A DNA stretch of 64,000 nucleotides from an uncultured bacterium (GTDB lineage Bacteria > Fidelibacterota > Marinisomatia > Marinisomatales > UBA1611), in assembly GCA_965660855.1 (NCBI GenBank), contig CBFIBM010000004.1:32001-96000 (forward strand), given 5' to 3'. Positions 52,721 to 62,600 of the stretch are shown piece after piece; the first letter of the stretch is position 1, and the number at the start of each line of letters is the position of its first letter. The translations under genes and the position numbers were made by a program. The notes under the pieces were generated by a model, which did no database searches, was not told the DNA's origin, and saw only the letters and a list, made by a program, of their open reading frames with translations.

Positions 52721-53272
52721 ATGAATCAGAAAAATAGTTATACAAAAAAAGAGTTGATTAAGAGTGGTAACGGAACACTAATGGGAAATGATACTGGTAA
52801 ATTACCACAACCTCCCATGCTTATGGTAGATCGGATCCTCACTATAAATGATATTGGTGGTAAATATAAAAAGGGTGAGATTTTAGCAGAGCTCGATATA
52901 AAAGAAGAAAATTGGTTTTTCCACTGCCATTTTAAAGGCGATCCAGTAATGCCTGGCTGTTTAGGTTTGGATGGAATGTGGCAATTGGTTGGCTTTTTCC
53001 TTACGTGGATGAATGGAAAAGGAAGAGGTCGTGCATTGGGCGTTGGTGATTTAAAGTTTAAAGGCCAAGTAAGACCATATCATGATAAAATTGTTTATAA
53101 AATTGATATTAAAAAAGTTTTAGATAGAAATGGAAAATTAATGGTTTGGGCAGATGGTGAGTTAAGTACCTCTGATAACAGAGCTATATATTTTGCAAAA
53201 AACCTTCAGGTTGGTTTATTTGACAACTTAACCTATGATTTTGGCGGAGATCCGTCACAAGATACATTTTAA
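52721..53272 (+). CDS. fabA: 3-hydroxydecanoyl-ACP dehydratase/isomerase FabA
   Basis: LPQPPMLMVDRI, WFFHCHFKGDPVMPGCLGLDGMWQLVGF, GRGRALGVG: FabA signatures including the His/Asp dyad. Confidence 0.93.
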   Translation: MNQKNSYTKKELIKSGNGTLMGNDTGKLPQPPMLMVDRILTINDIGGKYKKGEILAELDIKEENWFFHCHFKGDPVMPGCLGLDGMWQLVGFFLTWMNGKGRGRALGVGDLKFKGQVRPYHDKIVYKIDIKKVLDRNGKLMVWADGELSTSDNRAIYFAKNLQVGLFDNLTYDFGGDPSQDTF

Positions 53273-53293
53273 CAAGAAAATACGAAAACTATA

Positions 53294-54397
53294 ATGTCTT
53301 TAAAATGTGGAATAGTTGGTCTTCCAAACGTTGGAAAATCAACTTTGTTTAATGCACTTACTGAATCAGATGTTCCTGCAGAAAACTACCCTTTTTGTAC
53401 GATTGAACCCCATACCGGGATTGTGCCTCTACCTGATAATCGATTAAACTATTTAGCAGGTATTTATAAACCAAAAAAAGTAATACCTGCAATAGTTGAG
53501 TTTACAGATATAGCAGGTTTAGTACGAGGCGCAAGCAAAGGGGAGGGTTTAGGGAATCAATTTTTAGGACAAATTCGGCAAACATCCGCAATCATTCATG
53601 TAATTAGGTGTTTTGAAAATGAAAATATCACACATGTTGACGGAAATATTAACCCTGTTAGAGATGCTGAAACAATAGAAACAGAACTCTTGTTAGCAGA
53701 TATAGAAACACTCGAAAAAAGGCATAGGAAAACAGTAAAAGCTGCAAGATCAAATGAAAAAGATGCTATTGCTGAATTAAAACTGATTGAAGAACTAACT
53801 AAATATTGCTCTGATGGAAACCAATCACGGACCTTTAACATTTTAGATGAAAAAATGAGAAATGTATTTAATAGTTTTCATTTATTGACTAGCAAGCCGA
53901 TCCTCTATATAGCAAATATAAGCGAAGACGAAATTATTGAAAAAGAAAATAATAAATACGTTAATGATCTATTTAACTTTGCTCAACAGCAGGGTAATAA
54001 TGCAATTCGGATTTGCGCTTCATTAGAACAAGAGATTGCTACATTGCCATTAAAAGAAAAACATCTTTTTTTACAAGAGTATCATTTAAAAGAACCCGGC
54101 TTAAATAAAGTAATTAAACATGGTTTTAAATTACTTGGACTTCAAACATATTTTACTTGTGGTGAAAAAGAAGTTCGAGCATGGACAATCCCTATTAATT
54201 CAAACGCTCCTAAAGCTGCAGGCGCTATACATTCTGATTTCGAAAGAGGATTTATCAAAGCAGAAGTTTTTCACTATGATGATATTTTAAAATATGAATC
54301 TGAAAAAAAACTATCTGAGCTTGGATTAATAAGGCAAGAAGGAAAAAATTATATAGTTCAGGATGGAGATTGCATATTCTTTAAGTTTAATGTCTAA
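53294..54397 (+). CDS. ychF: Redox-regulated ATPase YchF
   Basis: GLPNVGKSTLFNALT, NYPFCTIEP, DIAGLV, IHSDFERGFI, FKFNV. Confidence 0.98.
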   Translation: MSLKCGIVGLPNVGKSTLFNALTESDVPAENYPFCTIEPHTGIVPLPDNRLNYLAGIYKPKKVIPAIVEFTDIAGLVRGASKGEGLGNQFLGQIRQTSAIIHVIRCFENENITHVDGNINPVRDAETIETELLLADIETLEKRHRKTVKAARSNEKDAIAELKLIEELTKYCSDGNQSRTFNILDEKMRNVFNSFHLLTSKPILYIANISEDEIIEKENNKYVNDLFNFAQQQGNNAIRICASLEQEIATLPLKEKHLFLQEYHLKEPGLNKVIKHGFKLLGLQTYFTCGEKEVRAWTIPINSNAPKAAGAIHSDFERGFIKAEVFHYDDILKYESEKKLSELGLIRQEGKNYIVQDGDCIFFKFNV

Positions 54398-54430
54398 AGA
54401 CTTTTGTTAAAGATTTCTATAGTATAGTCT

Positions 54431-55120
54431 CTATTTATCCTCGTCTTCCCATTCTTCTTCATCGTACTGATCACCTTCATACTCATCATCTTCATATTCG
54501 TCATAATCATCATCATAGTAATCAGCTGGGTATGCAAAATAAGGATTATTAGAAACCCCATATGGTGAATGCGGATTTAGTTGATTTGTAGTAGCATCAC
54601 TTAAATTTGATTGGTTTTCAGCAGCTGCTTGTTCTTGTTTTACGATTATTACTTTAGGATCATTTACAATTGTTTCTTTATTCTGTTTATTCTGATTTAT
54701 CGCATCCATCACAAGATTTCTATCCTCATCTGATAAGCCACTTATCGATGTTGGACTGCTTTGAATATTTTTATTTTGATTTCTAAAGTTCAACCCTGTA
54801 AGTACTGAGAAAAAAAGAATTATCAATGAAAAAATTGCACCTTCTGGCTTTAAATCAAAGCCACCCCACATATTTTGCTGAATACCAAAACCAAAGAAAA
54901 TCCCAAGGGAGAGCATCACGCCAAAAAGCATAATCATATTACCCATTTCTCTGGGAATGTGAGATTCCATTACAAGCATATAAAGAAACCAAATTAATAT
55001 TACCATCACGGAAATAATAATACTCAACAAGAACTCTCCCATTAGAAGAGAGATAAAAAAACCGACAACTCCAATTGCCGGAATTATGAAACCAACTCCT
55101 GATTTTACATCACTAGCCAT
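54431..55120 (-). CDS. Hypothetical 4-TM membrane protein with Asp/Glu/Tyr-rich tail
   Basis: Start MASDV with GGAG RBS; four hydrophobic segments; tail DYYDDDYDEYEDDEYEGDQYDEEEWEDEDK. Confidence 0.75.
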   Translation of the reverse strand: MASDVKSGVGFIIPAIGVVGFFISLLMGEFLLSIIISVMVILIWFLYMLVMESHIPREMGNMIMLFGVMLSLGIFFGFGIQQNMWGGFDLKPEGAIFSLIILFFSVLTGLNFRNQNKNIQSSPTSISGLSDEDRNLVMDAINQNKQNKETIVNDPKVIIVKQEQAAAENQSNLSDATTNQLNPHSPYGVSNNPYFAYPADYYDDDYDEYEDDEYEGDQYDEEEWEDEDK

Positions 55121-55261
55121 GTCAAAACTCCAAAAACACCTCGAATTAAGTTTAAAATTGCTGTTTGTATTTATTAAATGCAAGATTTTTCATTATTAAA
55201 AATATCATATATTTTCATTGCTATAATACAAGTATCTATTATTGTAATTTAAGGGATTAAA

Positions 55262-56251
55262 ATGAAAACAAATCTATTAAAATTTGGCGTTATCGGAGTG
55301 GGCCATCTAGGGCAACATCATGTCAAGCACTATTGTAATATTAATGATATTGAGTTTGTAGGCTTTTATGATCCTGATTCTCAAAGAGCTTATGAAATAT
55401 CTCAACAATTTAAAACAAAAGCATTCAGGAGCTTAGAAAAACTGTTATTATCCGTAGATGCAGTTTCTATTGTTTCACCTACAATATATCATTCTAAAAT
55501 TGCAGAAAGTTGTATTCTTTTAAAAAAACATGTTTTTATTGAAAAACCAATTGCGTCAACTGTAGAAGAAGCTGATAGATTAATCCAGCTTTCTGAAAAG
55601 AAAAACATAATAATTCAAGTTGGACACATTGAGCGACTAAACCCTGCATTAAAAGCATTGGACAAATATTTATTGCAACCAAAGTATTTAGAAATACAGC
55701 GATTGTCTCCATACAACACACGGGGGACAGACGTCCCAGTTGTTTTAGATAAAATGATTCATGATATTGATATTGCATTATTCCTTGCAGGTTCAGAGGT
55801 TAATACTGTTTCAGCATCTGGATTATCAATATTAACTGATTCAATTGATATTGCAAATGCTAGAATTGAATTTAAGAATGGATGTGTAGCAAATATAACT
55901 TCTAGCAGAGTAGCAAAAGATGAAATACGAAAAATAAAAATATTTCAAAAAAATCTTTATTCTACTATAGATTTATATAAAGGACTTACTGAGGTTTATT
56001 CAATAAATAATGAAAGTTCAGAAAAAAATAAAACCATAATGAACGTACCTTTTAATTACAAAGGTGAAAAAAAACTTATTCACTATGACAAGCCTACGGT
56101 ACTTAAAAGTGATGCTTTAAAATTAGAACTTATTAATTTTGTAAGGTCAATTAAAGGGCACGAAAAGCCTATTGTAGATGGATATGCCGGACGAGAAGCA
56201 TTAAAAATAGCAATTGAGATTCAAAACGAAATTATTAAAGAGGTGAATTAA
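55262..56251 (+). CDS. Gfo/Idh/MocA oxidoreductase, GnnA-like (UDP-GlcNAc 3-dehydrogenase)
   Basis: GVGHLG..H, IEKP, GHIERLNP, DVPVVLDKMIHDID, DIANARIEF.NGCVAN.TSSR; heads the lpxB operon. Confidence 0.8.
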   Translation: MKTNLLKFGVIGVGHLGQHHVKHYCNINDIEFVGFYDPDSQRAYEISQQFKTKAFRSLEKLLLSVDAVSIVSPTIYHSKIAESCILLKKHVFIEKPIASTVEEADRLIQLSEKKNIIIQVGHIERLNPALKALDKYLLQPKYLEIQRLSPYNTRGTDVPVVLDKMIHDIDIALFLAGSEVNTVSASGLSILTDSIDIANARIEFKNGCVANITSSRVAKDEIRKIKIFQKNLYSTIDLYKGLTEVYSINNESSEKNKTIMNVPFNYKGEKKLIHYDKPTVLKSDALKLELINFVRSIKGHEKPIVDGYAGREALKIAIEIQNEIIKEVN

Positions 56252-56826
56252 TGAATTTTAAAAAAATTATTTTCGCGAATAGAAGCTACACACCAATTCC
56301 AATTGCTATTGCCATGATTTTTTTTTCATCTTTTATATATCCATTTTATTTAGGTGGAGCCATTCTTATTTTCTTTGGGGAGACCATTAGATTTAATGCG
56401 GTTCGCTATGCTGGAGGAGCTACTCGAACGCTAAAAGTTGGCGCACCATCATTATGTACAAGTGGTCCTTATGCTTTCACTCGGAACCCTTTGTATTTAG
56501 GTAATATGATAATTTATCTAGGGTTCGTCCTTTTTTCTGGTGGAGCTTATATGTTTGAACTATTATTGTTTGTCTTTTTTTATTTTTCATTTCAATATTT
56601 TATGATTATCAATCTTGAAGAAAAAACCTTGTATAAGAAGTTTGAAAATTCTTATTCTGATTACACTAAAAATGTACCTCGATTAATTCCTCGATTAAAT
56701 CGTTGGGAAAATGAAGATGATCGTAAACCGATGAAGTTGATAAAAATATTCAAAACTGAAAAAAGGTCTTTACAAAATATCTTTCTAATTATATCATTGA
56801 TAATAATTAAAAACTTTTATGTCTAA
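56251..56826 (+). CDS. ICMT/PEMT-family membrane methyltransferase (LmtA-like candidate)
   Basis: L.TSGPYAFTRNPLYLG, EE..L...F...Y.DY...VPR.IP; coupled to the flanking lipid A genes. Confidence 0.8.
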   Translation: MNFKKIIFANRSYTPIPIAIAMIFFSSFIYPFYLGGAILIFFGETIRFNAVRYAGGATRTLKVGAPSLCTSGPYAFTRNPLYLGNMIIYLGFVLFSGGAYMFELLLFVFFYFSFQYFMIINLEEKTLYKKFENSYSDYTKNVPRLIPRLNRWENEDDRKPMKLIKIFKTEKRSLQNIFLIISLIIIKNFYV

Positions 56827-57934
56827 AATAAAGAAATTCTTTATTATAGCAGGGGAGAGCTCTGGTGATTTTCATGGAGCTAAGCTAATTAATAGAATTA
56901 AAGCTTTAGAGCCAAATAGTACATTTATGGGACATGGTGGAAACCTCATGAAATCTGAGGGAATGTTGATCTTAGAACATATAAACAGTTTATCTATTAT
57001 GGGTTTTACTGAAGTAATAAAACATCTACCACGGTTAAGGATTATTTTTAAAAAAACGATTAAAGCCATAGAAAAATCAAAACCAAACAGAGTTATTTTA
57101 ATTGACTATCCTGGATTTAATTTAAGAATTGCAAAAAAAATTTTTCATTTAAATATACCAGTGTCTTATTTTATTTTACCACAGGTTTGGGCATGGAAAA
57201 AGAATCGTATTAAACTAATTAAAAAATATATTGATCACCCTATTTCTATCTTCAAATTTGAGACATCCTGGTTTTTAAAAAATAAAATTAATGTAGATTT
57301 TTTTGGTCACCCATTATTAGATCAAAGACATTTAAATGAAACCTCAAAATCTTTTTTTACGAGGCACGACCTTACTATTGAACACCCAATTCTTTTACTT
57401 CTTCCTGGAAGTCGACAGCAAGAAATTAATTATCATTGGCCAATATTTTTATCTTTAATCAAAATTATTAAAAAGAAGAATCCAAACTTTCAATTTATTC
57501 TGGGAAAATCAGATACAGTTAAGATTTTAGATATTCCAGATTATATAAAAATTGAAAATAATGCTAATAAAGCTATGGTTGTTTCTACAGCAGCTATTAC
57601 AGCTTCAGGTACTGCAACACTAGAGTGTGCAATTGAAGAATTACCAACAATTGTTTGTTATAAAATGTCTTCTATTTCATGGACCATTGCTAAGTACTTA
57701 ACAAATTTAAAATATTCAAGTATTGTAAACATAATTGCTGATAAAGAAATCTTCCCTGAATTCTTACAAGATAAAATGAATACAAATTTGATATTAAAAA
57801 AACTTGAATCACTTTTAGCCGCAAATTCAATTGAAAGAAAAACAATGATTGAAGATCTTCAACAAATCAAAATCTCACTTGGAAATCCAGGTGTTTATGA
57901 TAGAATAGCAAAATCAATTATAAAGAGACATTAA
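56819..57934 (+). CDS. lpxB: Lipid A disaccharide synthase
   Basis: AGESSGD, IDYPGFN, PQVWAW, GHPL, LPGSR, SGTATLE. Confidence 0.96.
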   Translation: MSKIKKFFIIAGESSGDFHGAKLINRIKALEPNSTFMGHGGNLMKSEGMLILEHINSLSIMGFTEVIKHLPRLRIIFKKTIKAIEKSKPNRVILIDYPGFNLRIAKKIFHLNIPVSYFILPQVWAWKKNRIKLIKKYIDHPISIFKFETSWFLKNKINVDFFGHPLLDQRHLNETSKSFFTRHDLTIEHPILLLLPGSRQQEINYHWPIFLSLIKIIKKKNPNFQFILGKSDTVKILDIPDYIKIENNANKAMVVSTAAITASGTATLECAIEELPTIVCYKMSSISWTIAKYLTNLKYSSIVNIIADKEIFPEFLQDKMNTNLILKKLESLLAANSIERKTMIEDLQQIKISLGNPGVYDRIAKSIIKRH

Positions 57935-57937
57935 TAC

Positions 57938-58585
57938 TTGAAAAAACATAAAAAATCAGAAATAAAAACGTTGGGAATAAGTTTGATTTTAAAATTATTG
58001 TATAGTACAAATAAATACCATGTTTCTGGTAAAAAAAACATCCAAAAAATAAGAAATTCAGGAACATCAATTATAATTTCAACATGGCACTCAAACTTAT
58101 TATCTGTTTTTTATGAATTAAGGAAGTTAGATGTTCATGCTTTAGCAGGGACACATAATGATGCTGAGTTAATATCTCAAGTTGCACTTAAATGGGGTTG
58201 GAAAATGATTCGAGGTTCGAGCAAAGAAGATGGATCTAAAGCTTATAAAGAAATTTTAAAGACACTATCTAAACCCAGTAATATTCTATTTATAACACCA
58301 GACGGACCAACAGGGCCTGCAAAACAGCCAAAACCAGGTATTATTCGAGCAGCTCAAGCAACACAAGCAGCAATAATACCAACTAGCGTTATTTCAACCA
58401 GACATTGGGGGTTTACAAATTGGGATACTTTTTACTTAGAAAAACCTTTTGGAAAGATATTTATAAATTATAGTGATCCAATTTTCATCGATAAAAATAT
58501 AAATTTTAAAAACGCTGTTTTAAAATTTAACAAAGCTATGGATAGATCAGATAAAATTAATTTGCGTAATGCAACTAAAAATTAA
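57938..58585 (+). CDS. DUF374 acyltransferase (LpxJ-like)
   Basis: WH, IRGSS, ITPDGP.GP, W D.F..KPF motifs; lies between lpxB and lpxK. Confidence 0.8.
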   Translation: MKKHKKSEIKTLGISLILKLLYSTNKYHVSGKKNIQKIRNSGTSIIISTWHSNLLSVFYELRKLDVHALAGTHNDAELISQVALKWGWKMIRGSSKEDGSKAYKEILKTLSKPSNILFITPDGPTGPAKQPKPGIIRAAQATQAAIIPTSVISTRHWGFTNWDTFYLEKPFGKIFINYSDPIFIDKNINFKNAVLKFNKAMDRSDKINLRNATKN

Positions 58586-59651
58586 CTTCCTAAGGCAGCT
58601 TCTTTATCCTTTATTGCCGCTCTATTGGGTTATAGTTTCTGTTAGAAATATTTTATTTGATTTAAGACTTATTAAAATCCACCATCTTAAATGTACTGTA
58701 ATTAGTATTGGAAATCTTTCAACAGGTGGGGTAGGGAAAACCCCTATGACAATTTTTCTTGCTAAAGAACTTATGAAAAAGGGCTTAAAGATTGGGATAC
58801 TTACCAGAGGATATGGCCGAAACTCAAAAAAGACATTTATTATATGTAATGATGGAAAAGAAAACACTGATCATCTTAATCCATTTGAAATAGGTGATGA
58901 ACCAGTTCTACTGTATAAAAAACTAATTAATGTCCCAATAGCGGTTTCTAAGAATCGTATGAGCGCGGGAAAATTAATTGTACAAAAATATGAACTTGAC
59001 GCAATTATTCTAGATGATGGTTTTCAGCACAGGTACATTAAGAGAGATATTGATATACTTTTAATTAATTCACTTGATCAAAAATCCAATTATAAACTTT
59101 TGCCAGTTGGGAATTTAAGAGAACCTTGGAATGCCATAAAAAGATCGGATTTTATCATCTTAACTAAAGCAAATTTATTAGTAAAAGAGAGTGAATATAT
59201 ACACAATAAATTAAAAAATGAATCCAACGTGATTATTTCTGATTCATATAATAAAGTTATTCAAAGTAAAAAAAGTTTATTAATGAAATTTGATGGTAAA
59301 AAAGCTGTTTTACTATCTGGGATTGGCGATTCTAAAAGTTTTGACATAAGCTCCAGTCAACTTGGAATTAATATAGTAGGGCATGTAAGACTTAAGGACC
59401 ATTTTCAATACACAAAAGAAAACCTAAAAAAAATATTAAATAATAATTATATTAAAAACGCAGATTTTATTTTAACAACTGAAAAAGACTTAGTTAAAAT
59501 AGAAAAGTTTAACATAAGGCTTCCTATTATTCCATTAGAATTAATTTTTAATATCAGAGAAAGGGAGGAGGCTAAAAAGCTTATAACTTTCATTTTAAAA
59601 GAAATTAAATCTGAGACATCCCATAAGCAAAAACGACACCAACAAACGTAA
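58569..59651 (+). CDS. lpxK: Tetraacyldisaccharide 4'-kinase
   Basis: SIGNLSTGGVGKTP, RGYG, GDEP, LDDGFQH, P.G.LRE, TTEKD. Confidence 0.96.
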   Translation: MQLKINFLRQLLYPLLPLYWVIVSVRNILFDLRLIKIHHLKCTVISIGNLSTGGVGKTPMTIFLAKELMKKGLKIGILTRGYGRNSKKTFIICNDGKENTDHLNPFEIGDEPVLLYKKLINVPIAVSKNRMSAGKLIVQKYELDAIILDDGFQHRYIKRDIDILLINSLDQKSNYKLLPVGNLREPWNAIKRSDFIILTKANLLVKESEYIHNKLKNESNVIISDSYNKVIQSKKSLLMKFDGKKAVLLSGIGDSKSFDISSSQLGINIVGHVRLKDHFQYTKENLKKILNNNYIKNADFILTTEKDLVKIEKFNIRLPIIPLELIFNIREREEAKKLITFILKEIKSETSHKQKRHQQT

Positions 59652-62600
59652 GCATAAGCGGCCATCCTGTATTAACTAACTGTTTTGAACTTGGGTCATG
59701 AAAAACGTGTACTTGAAACTCATGTGTTGAAGTTGCTCCATGTTCATCCACAGCCATCAAAATGAAATCATTCATTCCCATTTGATTTTTTCTTGGTGTC
59801 CACTCTAAAGTTGCTCTGTTTTTATCAAATCTAGCATATTTTGGCAATCGAACTGATCTATATGCTACTTTATCCCCATTAAGGTCTTCAGTAGTTATTT
59901 TATACCTCCATGAATGACCCGTTAATCCTACTGGTTTTGGGCTTGAAATAACGGTTGGAGCGTTATTTACAAATATTTTACCTTTTTGTACATCAGTACC
60001 ATAACCATCGCTAACTGCAACTTCAAAAGTATTATTATTTATCTGCGCCGCTTTGGGTACCCACAAAATCTTTCCATACCTATCCATTTGCATTCCGTGA
60101 GGCCCCTTGAGAAGTGTATATTCCAATTTTGTGTTTTCATTTTTATCTTCTACTCTTACTTGATATTTAAATAACTCGCCAGCAAGTCCCATGTGTGGAG
60201 GATTTGAAACAATTGTTGGTAAATGATTTGCATAAACTTCATAAGTTTGTTCATCTTTAGTGTACCCATCAGATACAACAACGGTAATTCTATGTGCGTC
60301 AGCTTGTTCAACCGTTGGAGTCCAACGTAATGTACCTGAAGATTTTTCAACAACCATGCCTTCAGGAAAATCTAATAAATTAAAACGAAAAGGGTTTACT
60401 TTTTCGACAACAACTCGTGGAGGCTTACCTTTTGATCCATGGAAAAACTCCCATAAAAAGTCTTTCATCTTTATAGTTCTACCATCAATAGTTTCTAATA
60501 AAACCCAAAGTCGATCATCCTCAAAAAATACAGAATGGGTATATTTTTTTAAATTCAATCTTGAGACTAAACTATCAGCTGGATATTTAGGATCTACATA
60601 ATATATCGCATCACTGTTATGCCAATCCCCTAAAAATCTATCTATATTTGATAGGGCAACATCATCTGTAATATTGATTGAATACATTCTAATTGCAGAA
60701 ACATCATGTACTTTTACTACTCGTTTAAATGGTAGTAGTGCACCTTTATTTTTATCATTTATCATTATTTTATATGCGTATTCTTCTCCAACTGTAGAAG
60801 ACATAGGAGGGACAGATACTATTTTAGTAGGTGCATTAACAAAAAACTCTGACTCAATTATTCTTGATTCATGTCCGTCTGAAATTTCAATTTTTAATTT
60901 GTGAAAGTCCAATTCATTCATTGTTGGCTCCCAGCGTAAAAATCCAGTTTGAGGGTCCATGCGCATACCTTCTGGAAGCTCATGGGCGGTATATATTAAT
61001 CTATCCTTCTTATTTGGCTCTTCAATTACTAGATCAAAATCCCAAATTCCTCCGACATTTATAGTATTCATTATCATAGGAGCTGATTTTATTATTGGAG
61101 GATGATTCACAAATAACTTGACATTCTGCGTATCAGTAGCGACACCATGGCTTACAATAATACTATAGTCAACCGTGTCTACCTGGACAGGGTTTGGAGT
61201 CCAGGATATAGTACCATCAGGCTGTAATTTCATTCCATCAGGACCCGAAAACAGCTTGTAGCTTATTTTTTCATCAGGTCTTTGTTTCCATACTTTAACG
61301 GTATAATTATAAGGTGTACCTACACTTGCCTTTCCAGGTGCTTTGGATAATATCTTAACTCCAGCTCTTGAAAATAATTGAAACTCTTGTGCTGTTCTTT
61401 CAAAACCATCGGAGGCAATAAGCCTTACATCATAAACCTCAACATGATTACTATCTGTTTTCCAAACAATTACATCATCTTCAATATACATACCTTCAGG
61501 AGCAACTTCTAACTCAAGCTTTATTGAGCTATCTTTATTTAAGTCTTGAATAATTGGTTCATATCTAAAGGTTGATCCTGCAATAAATTCTGTTATAGTT
61601 GGTTGAGTTAAGAAACGTGGAGGGTCATTAACATAAACCCACAAACTTTCATCGCGGCTTTCTAGAACTGGAACAGCCTTAAAAACTTGCTCAACTTCAT
61701 TTACTCCTGTTGTTGCTTCCATTGTTTCATCTACTTTCATTCTAACCATGTATGAAAGTGAAAATGCATCTAATTGTTTTTCTGTTGGAACCCAATTAAT
61801 TGATTTACTCTCATATAAAAAATACATTCCTTTTGGTGGCTGTTTTTCCCATCTAAAACTGTAAAACTCATCACTACTATCTTTAGGAATTTCATATAAG
61901 AATGGTTGTCCTGGCCTGAGAACGTACCTTGGTAAAATATATTTAGGTAGCCTTTGTCCAAGCGCCTCTTTTGGCTTTGGTAATTTAGGCTGTTCTAAGG
62001 TTCTGACAATTTTTTTTGGTATTGGCATTCTTGGCTGCTCCCTAAGAACTTTACCTTCTTTTTGATCAGGGTATATTGTACTTGGTAAATAACTACTTGG
62101 TGATTCTCCCAAGTCTGTTATAATTATCTCTTCTTTTTGTGGTTCCAACGGGATTTTTTCTTCTGGTGGTAATTCTATAAAAACTTCTGGTATTTCAGGT
62201 TTTAAATCATCAACATTTGAAAGAAGAGCTGGTAATTGTTTTTGAATAAAATCAGGAGTAATAAGATATCCTTGGTCTAACTGGCTTGACTTCGAACCCA
62301 ACTCTACTATGTATGTAGAGTTTTGATCTCCATTCCAGCCAGAAACTAAAATACTACCACTATAAAGACCTGCTTTTGTTAATGGAAGCATTGAAAAAAT
62401 CTGCATTTCGTTTGGAACATTTTTTAAAGCATTTTGAACCTGCTTTGATCCCCCATTTTTACCCGATATCAAAGTAATTGTGTTGAGGTCAGAAGAAAGA
62501 GTGAGTATGTCTTCATAGGTGTCTTGATCAAAATCTTCTAATGCAATTTGTGTAAGAGGACCGCTTACGATTGGGACTTCTTCAATTACCAAAGTGGCAG

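Noticed and set aside
59700..61930. Repeats in the large gene as a CRISPR array or DGR template/variable repeat
   Set aside because: Similarity is only at the protein level (diverged Ig domains); no identical DNA repeats, spacers, cas or reverse transcriptase genes seen.
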